IMG/VR virus record: IMGVR_UViG_2728369482_000003 | Span: 56,528-120,527 of that record | Direction: 5' to 3' (one strand) | Source of the DNA: a virus | Lineage: Duplodnaviria > Caudoviricetes | Length of the DNA stretch: 64,000 nt | Shown here: positions 1 through 9,500 of the stretch, piece by piece | How positions within the stretch are numbered: the first letter of the stretch is position 1 | Layout of the letters: the number at the start of each line of letters is the position of its first letter | Program-made: the position numbers and the translations under genes | The notes under the pieces: generated by a model | The model's database searches: none | Told to the model about the DNA's origin: nothing | The model's input: only the letters and a program-made list of their open reading frames with translations

Positions 1-2
1 TG

Positions 3-269
3 AGTCTGCTGGCCGTCCCGGCCGGGGCCCTGATTTTCGGACTCATCCAGAAACAGCGGGGTATCATCAAGACCCCGAAGGAGCTGGTGGAAACGATCTT
101 TATCGGTACGGTAACCGGCGGCTTCTGCGGGGCTCTGATTGCTCCCATGATCGGTTCGGTCACCAACCTGCCGGGCTACTGTTCCTCCTTTGTTTCGGGG
201 GCTTCGGGCCACTGGATCGCCACCACCCTGCTACCCAAAAAGCAGGATGATTACTTACACAAACCCTAA
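3..269 (+). CDS. small multi-TM membrane protein, holin-like (5' end lies outside the window)
   Basis: The frame of ORF 87..269 is open back to position 3 (SLLAVPAGALIFGLIQ...). It has 2-3 hydrophobic helices and a charged C-tail (KKQDDYLHKP). Confidence 0.4.
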   Translation, partial: SLLAVPAGALIFGLIQKQRGIIKTPKELVETIFIGTVTGGFCGALIAPMIGSVTNLPGYCSSFVSGASGHWIATTLLPKKQDDYLHKP

Positions 270-283
270 TCCGTCCATTACCG

Positions 284-1105
284 ATGATCTACGGTACTGA
301 AGAAGCCTTTATCTGGCTTACTGTCCTGCTGGGCCTTGTCAACGTATTTTTCCTCTACATCCGCTGGGACCGGACCCATGAGCTATCTACCGGTCACGAC
401 CGGGTGGGGCTTATCAGTTGTTTTGGCAGCGGGCTGTGTCTGCTGATCTGTGCCCTGACGCCCAGTCTGGCCTACCTGTTTATCTGGCTGGGACTTGGCT
501 TTCTGGGGCTGAGTCTGGGTTACGAGTACTGGTACTTTGGTAAGTACCCGGTTAAAGTCGTCAAGATCGACACTATTCCGGCTTACAAACCCCGGTTACA
601 CTGGGTAGCCGATCTGGTCGAAGCCAACCCGGATCCGATCCGACCCAAACCCTTCTGGCAGCGGCCGTTTTCGAGGGCTGAAGTCAGCTGGGGTATCTGC
701 TTTTTTCTGATCGTCTTCGGCTTCGACCGGGTCATGACGGCCCTGGCCTACAAGGATAACGAAGTGATTGCCGCTAAACGGGAAAGCTCCCAGGTCGTTA
801 AATCCGTCGTCAGTCAGCAGGGAGCCCGGACCCGTTCGGCCATTGCCCAGGCGGTGGATTCCCTCCGACAAACCGATACGGTTATTTTGAACGGAATGCT
901 CTACTACCGGATTCACCTTCAGCACCTGGACCAGCAGCAAAAGTTGGGAGACCGGCCGAAGCTGGGCAGCATAAAACCCAGACGGTCCGGAAAACTCAGC
1001 TACCCGGTTCAACCGATTGCTCCCAGCTTCGAGCAGCTGGATTCCCTGAGTAGTCCTGGTCAGTACGCCCTCTTACCCCCCGATACGCTGCGGATTCAGT
1101 TTTAG
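284..1105 (+). CDS. membrane protein (about 4 TM segments) with soluble C-terminal region
   Basis: 273 aa ORF with hydrophobic stretches in the first ~150 aa. Function not recognised. Confidence 0.55.
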   Translation: MIYGTEEAFIWLTVLLGLVNVFFLYIRWDRTHELSTGHDRVGLISCFGSGLCLLICALTPSLAYLFIWLGLGFLGLSLGYEYWYFGKYPVKVVKIDTIPAYKPRLHWVADLVEANPDPIRPKPFWQRPFSRAEVSWGICFFLIVFGFDRVMTALAYKDNEVIAAKRESSQVVKSVVSQQGARTRSAIAQAVDSLRQTDTVILNGMLYYRIHLQHLDQQQKLGDRPKLGSIKPRRSGKLSYPVQPIAPSFEQLDSLSSPGQYALLPPDTLRIQF

Positions 1106-1171
1106 AAACCGGACTGCTCAATTGATTCAGTCTATCTCACCTACTTCACCCAGGCTTTATTTTTAGCTTTT

Positions 1172-3295
1172 ATGGCTGCTTTATTCAATAACCCCAACGG
1201 CTATGGACTGGAACGGGAAATTCAGGAAACCATGCGGGAATCCGATATTCTGGGTCAAGATGGTACACAGTACCGGTTTACGGCAGAAGACCGGGCCAAA
1301 CTCAATACTGTTGTTTCTAATAGTTTGACGTGGCGGGGAGTTTGGACGGCCCATACGGTATACGCGGTGAATGATACGGTAACAAACAACGGAAACACCT
1401 ATCGACGATTGGTAGCGGGCACATCAGGAGCTAGTTTCGACCCGGCGATGTGGGAACTACTGGCCGCGAAGGGGGACACGGGTGAAATTACGAAAGCTAC
1501 TCTTGACTCCGCCATATCGGGGGTGTTTTCTCCTCCTGCAATCGACGGGTATCTCTACCGGGCAAAGAACAACAACCTGAACCTAGTACAACCCTGCTTC
1601 GCTTTCGACCTGTCTGCAATCGCCTGGTCATCAGGGGCCAGTTTCACGTTTTCCTGCAAAATTGTTTCCAAGTCGGGCAACATCGTCTCTACTCCCCAGA
1701 TTCGCACGTTCTGGAATGGTGTTTCTACAATCAACGACATTACGGGACCGTCACTTAACATATCGAAGTCCACGACATTACCAGCTAACCAGACCATCAG
1801 TTATGCAGTAAGCGGCACTAGCAATTTCTCCAAAACCAGCTACGTGCATGTGTTTCTGGACGTGTCACTAACCGACGGAACAGTGTCGAGCGACCTGTTA
1901 ATCTACGATGTAGCATTCACGGTTTCGGGTATGCCCGGCCCAAAGCTACCGGGATCGGACCTCTACCGAGCGAACGGAACCGACACGATAACGGCTGTCA
2001 CGACCCTGACCGAAGCGGCAGCTACGAAAACGTACGTGGACCAGAAAAAGGTAGAGGCACTGGCCTATACCGATGCAGTGGTTGGACCCTTGAAGTCTAA
2101 CCCTGTCGTCGGGAGTCGATACACCGGAGTGGCGAACACGGTCAATCCTACCTTAATGCAGCCGATCATCGTCTTCGATACTCAGGGGATCAACTGGGCA
2201 GTCAACGATGCTATTGCGTTCACCTGTAAGCTAATCTCCCGTAGTGGCAACATCACCAACATCGCCACTACCCGCGTGTTCGTGAATGACGTAGCCGCAC
2301 TGGACAGTACGGGTGGAAGCTCTGGCAACATGGGATCGGCTTCCGCCAGTCCGGGGACGGATACAGCATTAGTCTACACGGCAACCAGGGCAGCAGCGGT
2401 GAAGGCTCGTTACATCCACGTCTATATCGACGTGACACTAACCGCTCCGACGACTCCAACTACGTTCGACATCTACGATGCAGCCCTGACGGTTAAAGGT
2501 ATTTCAACCGTGCGGGTAGCGGGATCGGCCCTCTATATGGCTAACGCGAACGATACTGTTACTTCGTTTTCCTATTTCGATAATCAGTTAGCCAATGTCG
2601 GCTACGTAAATACGCAGCGAGATGCCGCAAAAACCTACGCGGATAGCCTGATCTCTAGCAAGCTGAAGGGGAAAAAGTGGAACGCACTGGGTGATAGTAT
2701 CACCTATGGACATGGGGTCGGTGTGAACGGGACCTACCGGGCAATACTCGCACAACGTTGGGGCATGACAGCTCGAAACTACGGAATTTCGGGTACCTGC
2801 TTGGCTGGTACGAGTAACAGCTTCGGGGCGAGTATGGCAACCCGGTATAATGATATGGACAACGACGCGGACTATATTACTGTGTTTGGCGGCACAAACG
2901 ACTGGTCGGCAGCAATTCCTATAGGAGTGAATACAGACACGCCAGTGGATACGTTTAAAGGAGCTTTAAACGTACTCTGCAAGGGGTTGATTGAGAAATA
3001 TCCGACTAAGAAAATTGGATTCATTAGCCCTTTAAACCATAGAACGACCAACAATTCAGGAGGGCTGTCTGTCTTGAATTATGTAGACGCGACCATCGAA
3101 ATATGTGGTTTGTGGGCAATCCCTGTGCTCGATCTATATCGTCGTGGTGGCGTTCTACCAATCAACTCGGTACAAAGGGGTACCGTGATGTTCGATAGTA
3201 ACAATGATGGTATAGGTGACGATGTTCAACATCCAGGCCCCGTGGGTCACGGAATGTTGGCTGACCGAATCGAAGCTTTTATGTTGATGCTCTGA
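1172..3295 (+). CDS. tail fibre/receptor-binding protein with two tandem beta-rich domains and a C-terminal SGNH/GDSL hydrolase
   Basis: SGNH blocks GDSIT, GISG, FGGTND and DVQHP. Internal duplication of ~170 aa, each copy followed by a (T/G)YV(D/N)...AxxYxD helical linker. N-terminal WRGVW...YAVND carbohydrate-binding-like repeat. Confidence 0.75.
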   Translation: MAALFNNPNGYGLEREIQETMRESDILGQDGTQYRFTAEDRAKLNTVVSNSLTWRGVWTAHTVYAVNDTVTNNGNTYRRLVAGTSGASFDPAMWELLAAKGDTGEITKATLDSAISGVFSPPAIDGYLYRAKNNNLNLVQPCFAFDLSAIAWSSGASFTFSCKIVSKSGNIVSTPQIRTFWNGVSTINDITGPSLNISKSTTLPANQTISYAVSGTSNFSKTSYVHVFLDVSLTDGTVSSDLLIYDVAFTVSGMPGPKLPGSDLYRANGTDTITAVTTLTEAAATKTYVDQKKVEALAYTDAVVGPLKSNPVVGSRYTGVANTVNPTLMQPIIVFDTQGINWAVNDAIAFTCKLISRSGNITNIATTRVFVNDVAALDSTGGSSGNMGSASASPGTDTALVYTATRAAAVKARYIHVYIDVTLTAPTTPTTFDIYDAALTVKGISTVRVAGSALYMANANDTVTSFSYFDNQLANVGYVNTQRDAAKTYADSLISSKLKGKKWNALGDSITYGHGVGVNGTYRAILAQRWGMTARNYGISGTCLAGTSNSFGASMATRYNDMDNDADYITVFGGTNDWSAAIPIGVNTDTPVDTFKGALNVLCKGLIEKYPTKKIGFISPLNHRTTNNSGGLSVLNYVDATIEICGLWAIPVLDLYRRGGVLPINSVQRGTVMFDSNNDGIGDDVQHPGPVGHGMLADRIEAFMLML

Positions 3296-3357
3296 TATTT
3301 ACTTAATCTGACTAGAATCTGTATAACCTAAACGATTCAGGTTTCCTGCTGCCCACT

Positions 3358-3400
3358 AAAACCGGCTTACCTTAACGGGTCTGCCGGTTTTCTTTATTTT
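3358..3400 (+). terminator. intrinsic terminator-like hairpin
   Basis: aaaaccggc ... gccggtttt inverted repeat followed by a T-rich tract. Confidence 0.5.
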
Positions 3401-3403
3401 TCT

Positions 3404-6031
3404 ATGGCCGTTTCGTTTATTTCCCGAACCCTTTCTTCCCCCGACTACATTGCTCCGCTGGATCAGAACCTGGTATTCCAAAGTCTGATCACCCGCCAGC
3501 AGGCCTACGATAAGGGGGTACAGCAGGTGGATAGTCTACTGGAGAATCTGTCTTCCCAGCCCATCTACAACCAGGGTCACAAAGCCTACTACGAGCAGAA
3601 GGTAGGACAGCTCACCGACCAGCTCAACCGATTGGGGGGAGCCGACTTTTCCGACCGAACCACCCTGCAGCAGATCGGACAACTCTCGGGACTAGTCAGC
3701 CGGGACGGGCGGATTTTGTCAGCCATCGAAGACGGTAAACGAATTCAGCAGGCCCGCCAGCAGATCGATACCTGGAAAGCCGACCCCAAAAAGTATCCCG
3801 GGCAGTACGCTCCCCAGAACGAGTGGCTGCTGGGCCAGCAGATTCAGGCCTACAGTACCGATTCATCCGAGGGAGCCCGTTTTCAGGGCGGGGCTACCCC
3901 CTACGTCAACCACCGGAAAATCATCGGGGACCGGGTGCTGCAGATTCAGAAACAGATTGCTCAGACGGGGGGCTACGATACACTGGTCGGTGGCAAGCAG
4001 CAGTTTATCCAGACCACCAAAGCCCTAACCCCGCTGCAGATCCAGCAGATCGTTCAGGGAGAATTGGCCGGAGATCCTGCTCTGATGAACCAGCTCCAGA
4101 TCGATGCCCAGTACGAAGCCCGGAACCTGCCGACCGATACACCCAGCTACCAGCGGGCCCGTCTGGCTCAGCTGACCTCGGCCCGGGACCGATTGGCCAA
4201 ACAGGCCGATGACTATAACTCAGAGGGATTATTGGCTCTGACGACGGGATCTCCCGCCCAGCAGGAAGCCGCCCGGACTGAGCACCAGCAGCAGCTCAAA
4301 CAGATCAGCCGGCAGATGCGGGCTTATGAAGAACAGATCCGGGCCGTTGGCTCCCAGAGTCGGGACGAAGCCGTGCTGGGGATGCACCTGGACAGCTACG
4401 TAACGGGCCTTCAAGCCGAGTACGGCTTTGAAAGTCGGAAACTTCAGGCTAACCCGATTTACGGGGTGGAGCTGGCCCACCAGGACCGGCAGGCCGCCCT
4501 TGAGCAGGCGGGTAGTCAGTTCCGAATCCGGGAGCAGAACGAAAACGACCGGTTTCTCTACGGCTGGAAAAAACAGGACGAACACCTGGACAAACAGCAG
4601 GCCTTTCAGCGGGAACAGAAACTCCTGGACCTGGAAGCTAAAACGGGTCTACAGGCTAACGGAGATGGTTCGTATTCTACCCCGGATACAGCCTTTAAAG
4701 CCGTGGACCTGGGAGCTTCCCAGGTAACGACGACCAGTCTGGAAGCCATGCAGGCCCAGAGTCAGTCGGACGCCCGGGCCCAGAACGGCCGGATTCTGGA
4801 TCTGGTGGTTAGTTACGTAGGTAACGGAGACCTGCAGAAGATGGCCGGACTCCGGGCCCAGCTAACGGTCAGTACGGATAGTGACGGCAATATCAATGGG
4901 ATCAAATACCCCAAATCGGTGGCTCCCAACGTAGCCGTTGCCGCCCGGCAGATCGTGGATGATTACCACCAGTATCTGCAGGGTAACGGTCATAACCCGG
5001 ACCTGATTCGGCAGCTCAAACCCGAGCAGCGAGCCATGCTCCAGCAGATCGAAGTCGGAGCCGCCCAAAACCGGATTGCCCAGCAGCAGTACAAAGACAT
5101 CGAACAGCAGGCCATTCGGGAATCCGGTATGACCCAGGCTGAGCTAAACCGGATGAACCAGCTCCGGCTGGAAAAAGCCCGTAACCCCCAGCTGTTTTCA
5201 ACGGCTACACCCGTACCCGGCGGGGGTGGACTGGCCATAACCAGCTCGGCTAAAGCCCAGGAACTGGCCAGTCTGGAAGCCCGCTTCAAACCCGCCCAGC
5301 AGACGGTAATCGAGCAACTGGGTAAATCAGGTATTTATAACCGGGGGTTTCTGGTGACGGGAGACGCGGCCAAAAAAGACTCCGATCTCTACCGAATCGT
5401 CAAACACCGGATCGACCAGCAGGCCGTTGACCCGGCGGGAGCCACCAACAGCCAGCTCCGGGCCATTCAGTCTCAGCTGGAAAACGGGGAGATTACCCAG
5501 ATGGTGGTACTGAAAGATTCCCAGCAGATCGAAGTATCGGGCTTTACCAAAAACGGAGAGGAGAAAGTACCCTTTAAGGCCCGGGTCGATTTCATGGGCT
5601 CCGCCGACTGGAATGCGGTACTGTCCGATAAACTCCGTACGGAACAGGGTGGCGGACAGAAAGCCCTGCTATCCGAGCTGGATAAAAAAGGGGCCCTGCT
5701 GGCTGGTAAACGGGCCGTAGCCTTTGCTCCGGTTCAGAGTCAGCTGGCCTTCTCGGTATCACCGGTTAAAACGAGTAGTGGCTACGGACTGGGTCTACTC
5801 TACCAGGGTAAACAGATTCCGATTCCACCCTACTTTAAAAACGGGGTTCCCTTTATTCCAACCGTGTTCCAGCAGAAACCCATCCAGTTCGTCTCGGGCG
5901 GTTTGGATAACTGGTCATCGACCAACATCGAACGGCAGCTTAAAGCCCGCTACGGAGCTACTGACCCGGCCTACAAACCGACCATTCACGATTTTTACCG
6001 CTTCATCACCGATCCCGAACTCTTCCCCTAA
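3404..6031 (+). CDS. virion internal/ejected (cargo) protein, 875 aa
   Basis: Gln-rich, helical and Cys-free. The N-terminal YIAPL...Q.AYD pattern resembles crAss-like cargo proteins. It is the first gene of the giant-gene cluster. Confidence 0.6.
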   Translation: MAVSFISRTLSSPDYIAPLDQNLVFQSLITRQQAYDKGVQQVDSLLENLSSQPIYNQGHKAYYEQKVGQLTDQLNRLGGADFSDRTTLQQIGQLSGLVSRDGRILSAIEDGKRIQQARQQIDTWKADPKKYPGQYAPQNEWLLGQQIQAYSTDSSEGARFQGGATPYVNHRKIIGDRVLQIQKQIAQTGGYDTLVGGKQQFIQTTKALTPLQIQQIVQGELAGDPALMNQLQIDAQYEARNLPTDTPSYQRARLAQLTSARDRLAKQADDYNSEGLLALTTGSPAQQEAARTEHQQQLKQISRQMRAYEEQIRAVGSQSRDEAVLGMHLDSYVTGLQAEYGFESRKLQANPIYGVELAHQDRQAALEQAGSQFRIREQNENDRFLYGWKKQDEHLDKQQAFQREQKLLDLEAKTGLQANGDGSYSTPDTAFKAVDLGASQVTTTSLEAMQAQSQSDARAQNGRILDLVVSYVGNGDLQKMAGLRAQLTVSTDSDGNINGIKYPKSVAPNVAVAARQIVDDYHQYLQGNGHNPDLIRQLKPEQRAMLQQIEVGAAQNRIAQQQYKDIEQQAIRESGMTQAELNRMNQLRLEKARNPQLFSTATPVPGGGGLAITSSAKAQELASLEARFKPAQQTVIEQLGKSGIYNRGFLVTGDAAKKDSDLYRIVKHRIDQQAVDPAGATNSQLRAIQSQLENGEITQMVVLKDSQQIEVSGFTKNGEEKVPFKARVDFMGSADWNAVLSDKLRTEQGGGQKALLSELDKKGALLAGKRAVAFAPVQSQLAFSVSPVKTSSGYGLGLLYQGKQIPIPPYFKNGVPFIPTVFQQKPIQFVSGGLDNWSSTNIERQLKARYGATDPAYKPTIHDFYRFITDPELFP

Positions 6032-6034
6032 GCC

Positions 6035-6505
6035 ATGATCGATTCACAAGTTGAAAAACAGGAACTAAACCTGTACCTGAACCGGACCTACTATCCAACC
6101 GGTACCAACGGATCATTAACCGACGGAATGCGGGAAATCAGTAAAACCATCGAACTACCCTGGAAGGATAACCAGCCCCGCATCAGCTGTATACCGGAAG
6201 GAACCTACCCGGTAGTGATCTATAATTCACCCAAACACGGTCCGAGCCTGCTGCTGAAGAAAGTACCCGGCCGCTCGATGATCGAAGTCCATTCGGCCAA
6301 CTGGGCCATGGGAAAAGACGGTACCGGTAAAACCCCGCAGCTGCTGGGCTGCATTGCCCCGGTGACCCAGCTGGATACCGAGACGGGTGGTCGGCCCGGC
6401 GTGGGCTGGAACTCCGGTAAAGCCCTGGAAAAAGTCGAAGCCCTGACCTTCCCTGTTATCAAGGCCGGTGGTCAGGTATTTCTCCACATCCGTAAAGCCG
6501 CTTAA
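6035..6505 (+). CDS. DUF5675-family protein, putative peptidoglycan hydrolase/endolysin
   Basis: L.R...T.G.L...TIELPW..N...SCIP.GTY...HSAN...L.GCI pattern with a His/Cys pair typical of DUF5675. Confidence 0.7.
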   Translation: MIDSQVEKQELNLYLNRTYYPTGTNGSLTDGMREISKTIELPWKDNQPRISCIPEGTYPVVIYNSPKHGPSLLLKKVPGRSMIEVHSANWAMGKDGTGKTPQLLGCIAPVTQLDTETGGRPGVGWNSGKALEKVEALTFPVIKAGGQVFLHIRKAA

Positions 6506-9500
6506 TGAATCCCCAGGCCCCAACACCACCTAACCCTGTATTTGATCCGAACAGGGTTCCATTCGAAGGAGCCGGTGAGCCAAAACCCCTGCCCCTGTCT
6601 CCCCTGGAGATTGCCAGCAGCATTTCGGCTCCGCTGATTAAGGAAGCCGCCCGGAAACCCAGTCCGGCGGATACCCTGCTGAAGCTGGGTCAGTCGGAAA
6701 TGCTCACCGGCCGGGAAGCCCAGGAAGCCAGCCGGTACACCGACGGAGGTAACACCTACCTGCGGGGCCGGGATAACGAAGCCGTGGCTGCCGCCGGGCA
6801 GGGGTTCTGGAGCCGGACCTGGAACGATACCAAAGCTCTGGTGGGTATTACCGGCTCCTCGATCCTGCAGGCTCCCCTAGCCATCCCCCAGCTGGTTAAA
6901 GCCGGGGTGAGTCTTTTGCAGGGAGAAGGAATCGACAAAGCCCTGGACTACGCTCGGGGTGAAGAAGGTTCCTGGATGCGGGGTCTATCGGACTGGCAGG
7001 ATCAGCTGAACCAGGATACGACTAACTACAGCTCCAGCTGGGCCCGGGAGAATCCCTGGAAGAATTTAATTCCCGGTTACGGCGGAGAAGGCGGTACGGA
7101 CTTTGGTAGCTTGGTTCGCTCGGGTGGGTTTGTGCTGTCAGGCATTGCTACCAGTCTGGCCGAGGGAGCCCTGGGGGCGGCTTTAGCTCCGGTAACCGGC
7201 GGAATTTCTCTGGCTGCCGTTGGTGTCGATCTGACGGGTAAACTCGTCCGGGGTTTCAAGGCTTTATCAACCATCGGAAAAAGTCTGGATAAGCTGGATG
7301 ATGCGCTACGGCTCAAACGGGAAGCCGAAGGAGTTCTCCACGGGGTAGACACCATTCAGGGGTTGGGTAAGCTCTGGAGTGGAATTGATACGCCACTGGG
7401 TAATCTCTCCACCCGATCGGCCCTGCACGGTTTCTTGCTGGCTAATTCCGAAGCCAGTCTGGAAGGCTACGGAGCCGAGAAGGAACTGGAGCGGACCCTG
7501 CTGGATCAATACTACCAGCAGACGGGGCAGGAAGCCACGGGAGAAGCCCGGAGCCGGATTCAGTCGGTGGCTCAGCAGGCCGGTAACAGTACCTACCTGT
7601 GGAATCACGCCTTACTGGGAGTGAGCAACAAGTTTCAGATCGATTCGATCCTGAAAAACTTCTCGGCCACCAAACAATTGTTTTCCGGACTGGAAGGTGA
7701 TCTGTACCGGGCCGAACGAAAGACAGGTACCAATGTATTCGAAGCCGTTCGGCAAGGTAGTAAACCACTGATCAGTTCGGCTCCCGAAGGAGCCAGCTGG
7801 TTCAGCCGGGGTTTAGGAGCCGGTAAAGCCGTGGGTACCCAGGGCCTGCTGAGTCTGTCCGAAGGTCTGGAAGAAAGCCTGCAGAAAGCCGTTACCGACG
7901 GAACCCAGAGCTACTACCAGTACAAATACAACCACGGTGGTAAAGCTGATTTGCAGAACGGACTCGATGCGGCCACCCATGGGCTGTCGGAAGCTTTCGG
8001 GACCAGCTCAGGCTGGACCGAGTTCATCGGCGGAATGCTGATTGGTTCTCTCTTTGGTGGGGGCAGTAAGGCCCTCTTCGACTGGCGGTCGGCTCCCGGC
8101 CAGCAGAAACGGGCCGAAGCCCTGGCCCAACAGTTCAACCTGTCGATGCCGGACTTTCAGCGGGTTATTCAGCAGCAGCTGACGGGTAGTCTGGCCGGAG
8201 CCGATCTGTTGACCAAAGGAGCCGAGACCAACGCGGTGTTGGGAGCCAGTTCCGTGGGAGCCCAGGCGGCCAGCCAGGGCCAGCAGCGGATTTTTCAGAA
8301 CCAGAAAAACTCGGCCGAGTTTTCGTTTCTGTATCCCTTCGTCCGGCAGGGAGCTGATTCGGTACTGAAAGAACAACTGGATTCCTTTAAACAGGACATC
8401 GAAAAACGGCCCGACGAATTCCGGCAGGCCTACGGTATTGACGGCTCGGTACCAACCGATAAACTCCGGGGAATCATCGATCACCTGGGTACCAAACTGG
8501 AAAGCCTTCAGCGGGCCCATGATCGTTACGCTCCGCTGTTTATCAACCCGTATAAGAAGGACCCCTCGTCGGAAGACTACCGTGACTTTGAAGCCTACCG
8601 GGCCGAGCTGCTCCACAACGATTACCTCCGGCAGAGCTACGGGGAGCGGATAGCCAAGCTTCAGGGTAAAACCAGCCTGCTGGGGGAAACCGACTGGACG
8701 TCCCCTGCTGGCTGGAAAGCCCGGAAGGGACAAATCAGTAACCGGCTGACCGAGCTGGACAGCTTGATCAGTCTGGCCAAGCAAAGCCTGGCTCCTACTG
8801 GTGACCGAACCAACCCGACGGATGAGGAAGTAGCCCGGGTGGACCGGCAGCTTCGTTCTCAGCAACGGGCTGAACGGGAAGAGCTGGAAGCCCGGCTGTC
8901 GGCCATCGAGCAGATTCAAACGGGTAACTTTACCGACTATGACGCCGTACTGGATACGATCAAGGCCGAGCTGACCCATCCGGACATGGGTACGGGTCTA
9001 CCGAAAACGATCACCCATACCGAACTGGCCCAGCTGCTACAGGACCGCTACGACGTCGGGGAGCTTCAGGCTTCGATCGATAAGCTGACCGAGTTATTCA
9101 ACGGATTGAGCAGCCGGAAGGGCTTCGAGGATTACCGGGTAACTACGGATCGGTACCGGGCTAAACAGGTTCAAAAGGAACTGGAAAAACTCCTGTCCAG
9201 CCGGACGGCCCTGCGGGATGAAATCGTGGGTCAGTTCGATTCAGTAGCCGATGCCGAATTGCACCTGGGTTCCCTGGATGAGCTGACGGCCCGCTACGGA
9301 TCCGACTACAACCAGAATCCGGACTCGGTTCGTACGGAGCTGGGGCAACTGATTACCGAAAAGAAAGCCGAAAAAGCGGACGAAAAAGCCCGGCGGGATG
9401 ACGAGATCCGGATTCTATCCGAACTGGTTAAAGGGGATCCCCGGGTGGCTGCCGTTCAGAGCCGGGCCGATCAGACCGGAGCCGAACTGACAAAACTTAT

